Assembly: GCA_050012795.1 (NCBI GenBank)
Contig: JBEKGM010000020.1
Coordinates: 7,162 to 71,161, forward strand
Length of the DNA: 64,000 nt
Origin: Candidatus Bathyarchaeia archaeon
Lineage (GTDB): Archaea > Thermoproteota > Bathyarchaeia > 40CM-2-53-6
Reading direction: 5' to 3'
Below the pieces are notes generated by a model. The model had not been told where the DNA came from. It searched no databases and saw nothing but the letters and a program-made list of their open reading frames with translations. Of the stretch, positions 37,749 through 50,437 are shown piece by piece; position 1 is the stretch's first letter; each line of letters starts with the position of its first letter. The position numbers were made by a program, and so were the translations under genes.

Positions 37749-38504
37749 TTGAGGGTGGAAGCTGCTCCGGTTAGGACACCTACGGGTATTCCAGGTTTTG
37801 ACGAGATAATTGGTGGAGGATTTCCACCCGAACGTGTCGTGCTCATCCTGGGTGAACCAGGTGCTGGCAAGACCATTCTTTGCTCTCAGTTCCTGTACAA
37901 TGGGGCGTCGAAGTACGGGCAGAGTGGTCTCCTCGTAAGCTTGGAAGAGAGTCGAAGTCACTACTTTCGTGAAATGGCACAGTTTGGGTGGGATTTCCTT
38001 GGTCTTGAGAAGGCGGGTAAGTTCACTTTCGTAGACGCGTCGCCGATTCGAACCATTCCGGATGAGGTGAAGGTGGGAAACTTGACGGTGGGCAGGCACG
38101 ATTTCTCAATGATAAGCCTACTTGAAGTCGTGCGGAACAGTGCCAAGAAGATCAATGCGAAACGCATCGTCCTTGACCCAATCTCGTTGCTAATGGCTCA
38201 GTACCCTGACGACGTGCAAAGGCGTAAGGCTCTCCTGGACGTTGTGGAAGCATTGTCCGAGACGGGTGCAACCTGCATACTATCCGCCGAGCTTCGTCGT
38301 GTCGGAATTAAAGGGCGAGTTTTACAGATCGAAGAATTCTTGACACACGGCGTCATCCTTATGCAGACGATAGCTACGGGTCGAACTATGGAGCGAACGA
38401 TTCAAGTAGAGAAGATGCGGGAGACGCAGATTGATCGTCAGCCTAGACCCTACAGGATCACGGGCTCAGGCATCGAGGTTTATCCGCGAGAAACCGTAAT
38501 CTAA
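37749..38504 (+). CDS. KaiC/RAD55-like single-domain RecA-family ATPase
   Basis: PTGIPGFD, GEPGAGKT, SLEE, VEKMR. Confidence 0.9.
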   Translation: MRVEAAPVRTPTGIPGFDEIIGGGFPPERVVLILGEPGAGKTILCSQFLYNGASKYGQSGLLVSLEESRSHYFREMAQFGWDFLGLEKAGKFTFVDASPIRTIPDEVKVGNLTVGRHDFSMISLLEVVRNSAKKINAKRIVLDPISLLMAQYPDDVQRRKALLDVVEALSETGATCILSAELRRVGIKGRVLQIEEFLTHGVILMQTIATGRTMERTIQVEKMRETQIDRQPRPYRITGSGIEVYPRETVI

Positions 38505-38555
38505 AGCAAATCCGCTGGAGGCAACGTCAGTGCAGGGGCTTTGTCCCTGCTCTTC

Positions 38556-38837
38556 CTACTTCTTGCTCTCCGCTTCTTTCTCAGACTCTTCTTCCTTTGC
38601 GAGTGACGGTTCCGGCTCGAGTGGGGCAGGTGGAGGCGTCGTTACCATTGTCCAGCCAATCCAACCAGAGATCACTAGCACTAGAAGGACGAATAGGAGT
38701 ACGGGGATTCCGACGGCTAAATCGTGCCATCCTGCGGGTAAGCCTACCCATGGAGCGAAGAAGGCTACAAGATACACGATTGCAACGACGATCGAGATGA
38801 GGAAGATGACGAGTCCGTATCCCTGATCCTTGCTCAC
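38556..38837 (-). CDS. Small 2-TM protein resembling DPM2
   Basis: DQxxGL...S....Y...P...AVxIP...GxIxxxM pattern. Confidence 0.7.
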   Translation of the reverse strand: MSKDQGYGLVIFLISIVVAIVYLVAFFAPWVGLPAGWHDLAVGIPVLLFVLLVLVISGWIGWTMVTTPPPAPLEPEPSLAKEEESEKEAESKK

Positions 38838-38903
38838 GAGCTTTCACGATTGGTCGCTAAATCTCGGTTTGCATATAAGCTTTAGCAGATTTGGCCTCGT
38901 AAA

Positions 38904-40748
38904 TCACATTTGCTTGTAACCGGGTCTTTTGCTCACTAGTTCTGGGAGTTGAAGTGGTGATCGCGGATATCCCTCCGTGAGTTCGCTGATCTCCTTTTCG
39001 AGTTGGGCGATTGTGGCTTCATATTTAGCTCCGTCCTTTCGGCGGCGTACCGCGTACGATCGTGTGCTCATTTCTCTCTGCCCGATTACCACAATGTATG
39101 GTATCCAGTTGCGCTCGGCTTCTCGAACCCGTTTATCGAGGCTCTCGTCTCGGTCGTCAATGTCTGCTCTAACTCGGAGTCGCGTTAGCTCCTGCGCCAC
39201 GGTCTTCGTGAATTCAATCAGGTCCGGTTTCACGGGTATGAGGCGAACTTGAGTGGGTGAGAGCCATGTGGGTAGGGATGGTTTGATGCCTTTTGCTTCA
39301 AGAATGGCGCATTCATCCAGTACCGTGAAGAGGTAGCGTTCAATTGATCCTATGACTGCTGTGTGGATGATTATTGGATAGATCTTTTGACCCTTGTCAT
39401 CGACGAAGGAGATGTCGAAACGTTTCGCGTTGCCAATATCGATTTGGAACGTTGCTATCTCCCGCGGTCTTTCCAGCTCGTCTATTATGTGGTATTCAAT
39501 GTTGAGTACCCAGTAGTAAATTCCTTCGGGCACGAAGTTGAGTAGGACTGGTTTTCCTTCTCGTTTTACTAGCTCCATCACGTAGTTCTTGTTCGCGTTC
39601 AGGAAGCTTTCAGTAATGTTGTAGACGGATACGTAATCGCGGTTCAGTTTTCCTATCTCTTGGTAGATCTTGTTGTGAAGCCCCAAAGTGACTTGCTTGA
39701 CCTCTTCAAGGTTCTTACAGTAGATGTGGCAGTCGGGCATGTGCAGTTTTCTTACTCTGAACGCAAGTAAGAGTTCGCCGCTCTGTTCAAGGCGGTATGA
39801 GTCAGCGACTTCGAAGGTTCCGAAGGGCAGATGGCGGTAGCTTAACGACCAATTCCGGACTGCTGCGAATTGTTGGTGGCACGCAGCGTACCGCATAACG
39901 AAACTCTTGTTCTCGGCTTCAATCCTATAGAGCCGCGATCCGAAGAGGTCCGCGTGCTCCTTGACTGCTGGGACGGAGAGGTCGAATAGGTTTGTTCCCT
40001 TCACTTGCAGAATTGGGAGACCAATTGATGTAATCGCGTCCCATGAGTATTCGCTGATCAGGTCGAAGAGCATGACTCCCTCCGGACTGTAACGCATGTG
40101 GCCTTGGTCAGAGAAGTTCTCCCACTCGATTCCAAACTTCTTGCAGTAACCTAGGAAGCGGGGTTCTCCGCCTGAGAGCTCTCTCTTCAGGGCCTCTTTC
40201 TCTACTAGAATTCGGAATTCGTCTTCTCCGGGTTTGAACTGGTACTCGGCTGGGTCATGGAGGTTACCGTCGAGTGAGAGTACCTTGTAGTAGGTTGTTA
40301 TTGCTGGGGCCTCAGGCTTAGCTTGGCCAGGGCGAATTGTTCTTGAAAGTTCAGAGAGCGGGTGGCCTAAGCAGTGGAGCTGGAAGCTCTTGTAGTAGCC
40401 AAATGGGCTCCTATGAGCATCAAATCCATCCGCGCGTAAGCTTTCGGATACTCCCTGAAGAATCTTGATGGCAGGATCACGCGCCGCTAAACTGCTCGAT
40501 AGGTGAGCGTAAGGATACACGAGTATGTTGTTCGTGTGAACAGACCTTGCCACTTCAATTATGGATTTGCTTACTTCGCGCACAACCTGATCCTGGTCCG
40601 GTTCATCCTCCTTTTCAACAGTACAGAACGCGACGAGCACGTTTTGGAATTCTCCATGCTCGTTATTCTCGAGCGGTTCCGGATTCTTGACAGCTTTTTC
40701 CCGAATTGTGTATTGAAAACGCTCGCAGTGGAGCAGAAGAAGCCTCAT
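38904..40748 (-). CDS. thrS: Threonine--tRNA ligase (archaeal type with N-terminal editing domain)
   Basis: MRLLLLH, YPYAHLS, RYAAC, GSIER, WLSPTQVR. Confidence 0.96.
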   Translation of the reverse strand: MRLLLLHCERFQYTIREKAVKNPEPLENNEHGEFQNVLVAFCTVEKEDEPDQDQVVREVSKSIIEVARSVHTNNILVYPYAHLSSSLAARDPAIKILQGVSESLRADGFDAHRSPFGYYKSFQLHCLGHPLSELSRTIRPGQAKPEAPAITTYYKVLSLDGNLHDPAEYQFKPGEDEFRILVEKEALKRELSGGEPRFLGYCKKFGIEWENFSDQGHMRYSPEGVMLFDLISEYSWDAITSIGLPILQVKGTNLFDLSVPAVKEHADLFGSRLYRIEAENKSFVMRYAACHQQFAAVRNWSLSYRHLPFGTFEVADSYRLEQSGELLLAFRVRKLHMPDCHIYCKNLEEVKQVTLGLHNKIYQEIGKLNRDYVSVYNITESFLNANKNYVMELVKREGKPVLLNFVPEGIYYWVLNIEYHIIDELERPREIATFQIDIGNAKRFDISFVDDKGQKIYPIIIHTAVIGSIERYLFTVLDECAILEAKGIKPSLPTWLSPTQVRLIPVKPDLIEFTKTVAQELTRLRVRADIDDRDESLDKRVREAERNWIPYIVVIGQREMSTRSYAVRRRKDGAKYEATIAQLEKEISELTEGYPRSPLQLPELVSKRPGYKQM

Positions 40749-40773
40749 TGATGAATCGTTCTCCCCCGTTGAA

Positions 40774-40980
40774 TCACGCGGAATATCTCCATTTGTCTAT
40801 CTGTCGATCCTTGCGCGTCAACTTCTTGAACTCCTTGTAATGCGCTTTACAGAGGTAGGCTCTGCGCGCGTTTCCAATGTTCAAGCCCGCATGCGACACT
40901 TTATCGGTTGAGATAGAGCGAATCGCAGTTGCGCTGCAGCCGACGATACTGCATGATTGCCCCTTGTCGACTCTACCCAT
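40774..40980 (-). CDS. Small basic Zn-binding protein
   Basis: CSIVGC...YLCKAHY; directly upstream of thrS. Confidence 0.75.
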   Translation of the reverse strand: MGRVDKGQSCSIVGCSATAIRSISTDKVSHAGLNIGNARRAYLCKAHYKEFKKLTRKDRQIDKWRYSA

Positions 40981-41147
40981 AGGAATCTTGCCAACATGGT
41001 GAATCCTTCTTGAAAAAGGTGGTTTCCAACATTCGCTATATTAGGAGCCTCTCGTCCTAGGCGAGACAGGATGTCTGCGAACTTGAGAAACGGGCCGTTT
41101 TACCCCACAGTTAGAGGGTTAAGGAGGAGAGATAGTTTCATTTTAGC

Positions 41148-41693
41148 ATAGGGTCGCGCCGAGCTAAACTAATTGTTCTGGCAACTCTGCTCGTCGCTAT
41201 AGCTATTGGTGCTGCAATCTACGGGTATTACCAGGTCCAGCAGCAGGAGCTCATCCACGTTCTTACAGCGTATCACGCTTACAATCCGAACTTCAAATAC
41301 GAAGCTCTCATCGAAGTGAACGTTGACGCGTTGCCGAAACCTAACGGCAACTTGACCGTCCAAAACCTGATTATCAATTACTCTTTCCACCCAGCCGATG
41401 CGTATGACGGCGTACCATACCTTCGACTTACGTACGTATCCGGGCCACGATGCAACGTGTCACAATCCCCATCCTCCACAAACTGTCACGAGTTGCTACT
41501 AATCATCCCGAATAATAATGTCACAAACCTGAGTTCGCCCTCACGTACAGGACCCGGATACGTTCTGTACGCAGGACCCCTCAACACCTTCCTCTTCGAT
41601 TTGCAGACAGATGCGGGGGAACACATCGAGTGGCACCTCTACCTGTTCTTGGCCACGTACACTGGAACTGATGGTGGAGGATTACAGGCTTAA
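41148..41693 (+). CDS. N-terminally anchored hypothetical protein (apparent ATA start)
   Basis: Frame open upstream of 41316 through a basic + hydrophobic segment GSRRAKLIVLATLLVAIAIGAAIYGY. Confidence 0.55.
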   Translation: MGSRRAKLIVLATLLVAIAIGAAIYGYYQVQQQELIHVLTAYHAYNPNFKYEALIEVNVDALPKPNGNLTVQNLIINYSFHPADAYDGVPYLRLTYVSGPRCNVSQSPSSTNCHELLLIIPNNNVTNLSSPSRTGPGYVLYAGPLNTFLFDLQTDAGEHIEWHLYLFLATYTGTDGGGLQA

Positions 41694-41731
41694 TCGGAAT
41701 CTCGCGTGCCTGCTAGTAGCACCGTTCGAAG

Positions 41732-42526
41732 TTACGAGTGGTGCTTTCTATGATGTGCAAAGAGCAGAATCAGGGGCGTTAGGAGGGCGAGAGGTAACGT
41801 GATTTGTCCGCTGATAATTTCAGGTACGGGTGTACCGATGAATGTGATGCTTGCATGCTGGTTCAAATTGACTAGAGATAGTTGATTACCTGATGAATCG
41901 ATCGCGGTAAGGTCGAAGCCTAGCGTTGGGTTCGTGTCCAAAGAGGCCTCTATCACGTAAGGGTGAATTGGGATAGAAAACTCCCAAACCCTATGAGGGG
42001 AACTGGAATGAGCCGTTATGGATAAGGTGGTCGCGGCCTGTGATTCTGAACTAATTATGTTAGGATCCTGACGACACCGACACATCACTGAAACAGTGGC
42101 CCGTTTAGTAGTCTGGTTGACGCTGAACGCGAAAAAGGTGAAGGGTTGCGTCAGGTTGCTGGGGTTCAAGAATGCTCCGGTGTAGAATGCGAGAAGTGCT
42201 GCGCCTGCCGTTAGGTCCCCGTTCGAGTTGATGTATTGGGCGCCGTTGTCGGATGGGACATCAATGATTCCGTAGAGGTTGCTGGAATCGTGCATCATCC
42301 TGAAGTAACTCTGGACCTTGGCTGGCCCTGTTGATGCTTGGCTTAGCGTGTATTCAATAGCGTTATCCCATTCGCCCTGTTGCCATTGCCCATCAATCGT
42401 AGGTTTGGGGGTCGTCGTGCCGACTGCAATTTCAGGCGCAGATTGTCCTTTAGCTTGAATGATGATTAACGATAAAGTGAGAAGAGCAAGTATTAGGATC
42501 AGCCCGCGTGGTCTACTCACGTACAT
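41732..42526 (-). CDS. Surface protein with DOMON/CBM9-like domain and VPE-type C-terminal anchor
   Basis: PTIDGQWQQGEW, HRVWEFSIP; PVPE + TM + basic tail. Confidence 0.7.
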   Translation of the reverse strand: MYVSRPRGLILILALLTLSLIIIQAKGQSAPEIAVGTTTPKPTIDGQWQQGEWDNAIEYTLSQASTGPAKVQSYFRMMHDSSNLYGIIDVPSDNGAQYINSNGDLTAGAALLAFYTGAFLNPSNLTQPFTFFAFSVNQTTKRATVSVMCRCRQDPNIISSESQAATTLSITAHSSSPHRVWEFSIPIHPYVIEASLDTNPTLGFDLTAIDSSGNQLSLVNLNQHASITFIGTPVPEIISGQITLPLALLTPLILLFAHHRKHHS

Positions 42527-42688
42527 GTGCCCGCATCACGCAATCGTATTCATTTCATTCTGATTAAGTGTTTGCATAACCGTCCTTACCGCAAAAACGA
42601 AATTGTCGTGACCCGTTCAGAACCTCCGAGTTCCCGGGGTTGAACTGCCCTGACTTCTCCGAAAAGGTGTTAATTAAGACTGGAGTGT

Positions 42689-43291
42689 TTGTTTGGCCGA
42701 CTTACGTTGCTGGGAAGAATACGCGCAAGGTACCAGGTACTCATGCAGCCGGTTGGAAGATCGCTGGGAAGGTCAGGGATAACGCCGAATGCGCTGACCA
42801 CGCTTAGTTTGATTATTGCTTTTGGCGCAGGCGCGGCGTACGCGTTCAGATCTCCTATTCTTGGTGCGCTGGGTCTTCTTTCGTCGGGCATAGTCGACAT
42901 GCTTGACGGTGCCGTGGCTAGGGCTACGAGGTCGGCCAGTCGTTTCGGAGCCGTCTATGACCATGTGCTCGACAGGTACGCTGAGTTGTTCGCCTTGGCA
43001 GGGATTGGGCTGGGCGGATTCAGCGACTGGGTCTGGGTCCTCTACTGCCTGTTCGGAATGGTCATGGCAAGCTTCACCCGCGCCAAAGCTGAATCAGTCG
43101 GTGGACTCAAGCATTGCACTGTGGGAGTCGCTGAGAGGCAGGAGAAGTTGATCATTCTGCTGATCGGATCCATCCTACAACCGTTCTTTGCAGGTTCTTT
43201 AATGGTTGCAGTCATAGTCGTCGGGACGTTGTCACATGCAACCGTCATCCAGCGACTTCATTACACCTTCAAAGAGACAAGGAGGAAGTGA
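42689..43291 (+). CDS. pgsA: CDP-alcohol phosphatidyltransferase (archaetidylinositol-phosphate synthase-like)
   Basis: TPNALT, DMLDGAVAR...GAVYDHVLDR. Confidence 0.88.
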   Translation: MFGRLTLLGRIRARYQVLMQPVGRSLGRSGITPNALTTLSLIIAFGAGAAYAFRSPILGALGLLSSGIVDMLDGAVARATRSASRFGAVYDHVLDRYAELFALAGIGLGGFSDWVWVLYCLFGMVMASFTRAKAESVGGLKHCTVGVAERQEKLIILLIGSILQPFFAGSLMVAVIVVGTLSHATVIQRLHYTFKETRRK

Positions 43292-44232
43292 AGACCCCTA
43301 TGTTTGATTTAGTTGGAATAGGCAACCCTGTATACGACTCCATCATCACCCCGTTATCGAAGACTACTGGAAGAGTCCTTTCAGGGTGCAGCACAAACAG
43401 CTGCCTTGCCGCGAAGAGGTTGGGACTTAGTCGGGTTGGATTAATCGGCAGGATAGGTGATGACTACGCTGATCGACTTCGTTCTGACCTCACTAAATAT
43501 GGAGTGGTCGCGAGTTTGAATACTGTGAATAGCGGGACGGGTGGATTCCATTTAGAGTACGATCAGACGGGTAACCGGACTCTTCAGGTGCTGGGTATAG
43601 CTGGAAAGATAGAGCCAGAAGACATTGGTGATGAATTCTTGGACGCCCGATTCATCCTAATCGGGCCAATTCTGGGAGAAGTTGATCTCGGGTTAGTCCG
43701 ATTCCTTAGAGCCTCCTCCGATGCCAAACTGTTTCTGGACCCGCAAGGATTGATTCGACTCGTTGGAGAGGACGGGAAGATCATTCATAAATGCGATAGG
43801 GAGGGGTTTAGCAAGATTCTGGACCTGGTTGACTTTGTGAAACCTAACGAGCCTGAGAGCGTGACGATTACTGGATCGGATGATCCTGTGAGGGCGCTGG
43901 GGCTGCTTCGAGAGATGGGCAGCGCGTTTCCAATCGTAACTCTTGCAGAGCGCGGCTCCGTGCTGATCCGTGAGGAAGAAGAATGCTGGATTCCCGCCTA
44001 CAAGACGAACGCGATCGATCCAACAGGCGCTGGCGACGTCTACGGTGGATCATTTATCGTGGAATATCTGCGTACGCACGATTACGTTGAATCCGCCTTG
44101 CTTGCGTCAGCCGCGTCGTCCTTGATGGTTGAGCAGGTGGGTCCAGACTTTACGCTGGGCCCGTCTGAAGTGAGAAGAAGAATGGAGAAGATACGTACAG
44201 CGCTCGTGAAGACTCCGACTAGTAATCGTTAA
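43288..44232 (+). CDS. PfkB family carbohydrate kinase
   Basis: DPTGAGDVYGG, KPNEPE. Confidence 0.9.
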   Translation: MKTPMFDLVGIGNPVYDSIITPLSKTTGRVLSGCSTNSCLAAKRLGLSRVGLIGRIGDDYADRLRSDLTKYGVVASLNTVNSGTGGFHLEYDQTGNRTLQVLGIAGKIEPEDIGDEFLDARFILIGPILGEVDLGLVRFLRASSDAKLFLDPQGLIRLVGEDGKIIHKCDREGFSKILDLVDFVKPNEPESVTITGSDDPVRALGLLREMGSAFPIVTLAERGSVLIREEEECWIPAYKTNAIDPTGAGDVYGGSFIVEYLRTHDYVESALLASAASSLMVEQVGPDFTLGPSEVRRRMEKIRTALVKTPTSNR

Positions 44233-44236
44233 GCGT

Positions 44237-44509
44237 TTAGTATCGTCTTTCGTCTTCAGATCTGACTTTGGTAAGCCCGAAGTGAACGGCACAAGAGACG
44301 CAGTAGAACTTAACAACCCTCTCACGCGCAATGTAGGTGCCGTGCGACCTTAACTCTCGCGCCAGCGATGGATCGACCAGAGACGTCCACCTGGTCTCAC
44401 GCTTCGCTTTGTCTCTTGGAATAGGCCTGCCACAGTGTGAACACTGAATCATGACGCTGGCTCCTTTTCCGCCTTTGCTGCGTCCACGCGACTTTCTCTT
44501 CTTCGTCAA
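44237..44509 (-). CDS. rps26e: 30S ribosomal protein S26e
   Basis: KKRKSRGRSKG, CSHCGRPIPRDKAK, YCVSCAVH. Confidence 0.96.
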   Translation of the reverse strand: MTKKRKSRGRSKGGKGASVMIQCSHCGRPIPRDKAKRETRWTSLVDPSLARELRSHGTYIARERVVKFYCVSCAVHFGLTKVRSEDERRY

Positions 44510-44613
44510 TGAGTTTCCCAACCCGTTAGTGTTGGTTGCCCGCTTAAACGTTGTGTAATTGCCCTTCCATAAATTAAGGCATTAGCTATTGACGGGTGAC
44601 TGACGTCTTTGAT

Positions 44614-46059
44614 TCAGTAGGATCTAGCGAAGTACCCCACTCTCGTGCTGGGCTTGCCGCATTTTACGCATGCAGCGAACGTCACTTCGTCCTGGAAGGG
44701 GAGTGTTCGAATTGTTGCTCCGATTTCGGTTTTGAGGGCGTCTTCACATTCTGAGCTACCACACCAGCAAGCCCGCACGAAACCACCCTCAGTTTCGATT
44801 ATCCTCTTGAACTCCTCGTAGTTTCCAGCCTGCCGTATGCTAGCCTTCAACGCGTGAGATGCTTTTTCGAAGAGAGTTGCTTGAATTGCTTCAAGGCTCT
44901 TGCGCACTTCCCCTATCAACTCGTCATCGTTCACGTTCAGCTTCTGGAAGTTGTCCCGTCTGACAAAGGTCACTTGTTTGCGTTCGACGTCTCTTGGTCC
45001 CACCTCGATCCGGAGGGGTATGCCTTTTAGTTCCCACTCGTTGAACTTCCAGCCTGGCGTGTACTGTTCCCGGTCGTCTAGGTGTACTCTGAACCCTGCA
45101 CTCTTGAGCATCTCAGTGACTTTGCGTATTTTCAGGTTGACGCCTTCCTTGTCCCGGTCTTTGAAATGGATCGGAACGATCACGATCTGTATGGGCGCAA
45201 TCTTTGGGGGAACAATTAATCCTCGATCGTCTCCATGTAGCATTATCATGGCGCTGATAAGCCGCCACGAGACTCCCCACGAGGTTGTCCACGCGTAATG
45301 TGGTTGTTCATCTTTGCCTAGATATTTGATTTCAAATGGTTTCGAGAAGTTCTGTCCAAGATTATGGGATGTGCCCATCTGAATTGCTTTCCCGTCGGGC
45401 ATCATCGCCTCCAAGGTGGTAGTGTACAGTGCGCCCACAAACTTTTCGCGTTCACTCTTGTAACCGGTTAGGACGGGGACAGCAAGCTGTTGTTCAATTA
45501 GATCCCTATAAAACCCAAGAATCATCATTACCTCTTGATCCGCATCCTCTTCAGTTGCATGGACCGTATGACCTTCCTGCCAGAGGAACTCTGATGTTCG
45601 GAGGAAAGGGCGAGTAGCCGTAATCTCAGCTCGAAGCACCGAGTTCCAGACGTTGATGAGGAGGGGTAGGTCCCTCCAACTTCGAACCCATTTCGAATAG
45701 GCGTCGTTGATGATGGTTTCAGAAGTGGGCCTGATGGCCAGTCGCTCTGATAGCTTATTTTCGCCGGCCTGAGTAACCCAGAAAACCTCAGGAGTGAAAC
45801 CTGCAAAATGCTCAGCTTCTTTCTTGAGGAAGCTTTCCGGAATCAAGAGCGGAAAGTAAGCGTTCGAATGGCCTGACGCCTTAAGTCGATCGTCAAGGTA
45901 CTCTCTTATGCTCTCCCATATCGAATAGCCGTAAGGGCGAAGCACAATGAACCCCTTCACGGGCGAGTAGTCGGCCAGCTCGGCCTTCGTCACGACTTGA
46001 GTGTACCATTCGGATAGATCTTCAACCTTCTTAGCAGTGATGCCAATTTCCTTAGACGT
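44614..46059 (-). CDS. proS: Proline--tRNA ligase (archaeal/eukaryotic type), apparent ACG start
   Basis: RPTSET, FLRTSEFLWQEGHT, TTSWG, FARSY; frame extends to SKEIGITAKKVEDLSEWYTQVV. Confidence 0.96.
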   Translation of the reverse strand, partial: TSKEIGITAKKVEDLSEWYTQVVTKAELADYSPVKGFIVLRPYGYSIWESIREYLDDRLKASGHSNAYFPLLIPESFLKKEAEHFAGFTPEVFWVTQAGENKLSERLAIRPTSETIINDAYSKWVRSWRDLPLLINVWNSVLRAEITATRPFLRTSEFLWQEGHTVHATEEDADQEVMMILGFYRDLIEQQLAVPVLTGYKSEREKFVGALYTTTLEAMMPDGKAIQMGTSHNLGQNFSKPFEIKYLGKDEQPHYAWTTSWGVSWRLISAMIMLHGDDRGLIVPPKIAPIQIVIVPIHFKDRDKEGVNLKIRKVTEMLKSAGFRVHLDDREQYTPGWKFNEWELKGIPLRIEVGPRDVERKQVTFVRRDNFQKLNVNDDELIGEVRKSLEAIQATLFEKASHALKASIRQAGNYEEFKRIIETEGGFVRACWCGSSECEDALKTEIGATIRTLPFQDEVTFAACVKCGKPSTRVGYFARSY

Positions 46060-46307
46060 TGATATTCACCTAGTTACCTGTTGTTTTCTTGACGTTTTCG
46101 TAATGGACGCAAAGATCAATGTCTGGATTAAAAATCTACGGCCTGAAACTGGAAAAGTGTACGGAGGTTACTTGCGCATGGTTCTCGGAGGCGAGGATCC
46201 TGCAGCAGCGGTTGAAGCGGCCGTGGTAGAACCGGAGAACTACTGGAGTGAGAACCCAGAGGTAGAGTTGAACGTCTCTTCAAGAATCAACTAGAACCAC
46301 AGACGAT

Positions 46308-46457
46308 TTGGAACTGGAATGTGAGGATTGCCACAAGCAAAGCGAGGACGTTTCCAACCGTTACTTTCATCATCCCTATCCGGAGGAAGATGAGAACTTG
46401 GATCTATGCAACAAATGCCACAGTAAGCGGGCCAGCATGTCGGAAGAAACCAAGTAA
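46308..46457 (+). CDS. Putative Zn-finger microprotein (CEDCH...CNKCH)
   Basis: 49-codon TTG ORF with two CxxC; may be the frameshifted tail of 46178..46294. Confidence 0.4.
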   Translation: MELECEDCHKQSEDVSNRYFHHPYPEEDENLDLCNKCHSKRASMSEETK

Positions 46458-46523
46458 TTATTCTTGAATATGATTGGTATGCGTTTAAATACGTACGACA
46501 AATGTAGTAGCTTTTGATCATTC

Positions 46524-47060
46524 ATGAGTCGGGTTAAGTCTAAAGTTAAGATCGGTGCGGCTGTGCTTCTGCTCGCTGCAGTTGTACTATCTGCTGGTTT
46601 ACTTCTTATGGGTTCGAACATGGTTGCGTACGCTCAGATGGCGTCCTCCCAGTACTCCGTGAACGTTACTAGTAAGCCTGGATTCGGGTCTTACTTGACG
46701 AACGCCACTGGCTTCACGTTGTACACTTTCCGGGTTGATACACCAAATAGTGGGACGAGTGCGTGTACGGGTGGTTGCAGTGAGAAATGGCCAGCGTTCT
46801 ACGTCACTAACCTGAATCTCCCATCAGGACTCGGGGCAACCAGTTTCACAGTGATCATTCGCCCCGATGGGAGTAAGCAGTTAGCTTTTGATGGTTGGCC
46901 ACTCTACTACTTCAGTAACGACATGAAACCAGGCGACACTAACGGTCAGGGAATCGGAAACGTATGGTACGCCTGCACCGTCGCAACACCATTCTCCGAC
47001 ACGACCTCAACCGTAACAACCTCAGCAGCAACCACAACCAGCCCCTCCAGCGGCTGGTAA
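46524..47060 (+). CDS. Secreted protein with Yx(FWY)xxD repeats (COG4315)
   Basis: GFTLYTFRVD...CTGGCSEKWP...GWPLYYFSND...GQG. Confidence 0.85.
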   Translation: MSRVKSKVKIGAAVLLLAAVVLSAGLLLMGSNMVAYAQMASSQYSVNVTSKPGFGSYLTNATGFTLYTFRVDTPNSGTSACTGGCSEKWPAFYVTNLNLPSGLGATSFTVIIRPDGSKQLAFDGWPLYYFSNDMKPGDTNGQGIGNVWYACTVATPFSDTTSTVTTSAATTTSPSSGW

Positions 47061-47240
47061 AGAGGGTCAGCACGCTCACGAATAAAACTGTTAGTAGGTA
47101 TCATGGGCTCGTCTTTAGAACTCGCAGCGCTGTCGACCCCCAACAAATCATCTCCGACAGAGCCGCTTGATGTTTAGCGTTTACTAGCCTTTCAATGAAT
47201 CGAACGCGCACGGGAGTGCAGAGTAAGAGAGGGGGTTAGG

Positions 47241-50025
<2,785 letters not shown>

Positions 50026-50437
50026 TTCTTATACCTTCCAAGTGAGTGCCAGACTAATGTCGACTATTAGGTTTACGAGGTCCTTAATCCTTCAAATTTA
50101 ACTTGAAGGTTAAAGCTCGTTTTCTGCCCTCTAGCGACGCTCTAGCATTCACGGAGGGTTCTCTCTCTTGATGGCAATTAAAGATTAGCCTGAAGTAGTC
50201 GAGCACCGCTGACGGGGCATGGATCGTGGCCATGGTGAGTATAGTTGCATGCAGGTCTCTGCATCCTTCGATGATCTCTGACGTTTACTTCTAACAATTC
50301 TGCAGGGCTCGTTGTGGTTTAGGGATGAGTTACGTTCACTAGAGTGTTAGTTTCAGTCGTTTCAGTGAATTATGTTGCGAGAGCTAACCGTTTCCTCAAT
50401 GAATGTCGCGACGCCTCGTTGGGTATCAGTTAGTGGG

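Noticed and set aside
44900-45298. 132-aa plus-strand ORF and similar antisense ORFs over thrS, korA, argS and cdvB
   Set aside because: Shadow ORFs opposite well-supported genes
46308-46457. Two CxxCH motifs as a c-type cytochrome
   Set aside because: No signal peptide or maturation genes nearby; the spacing fits a single Zn finger
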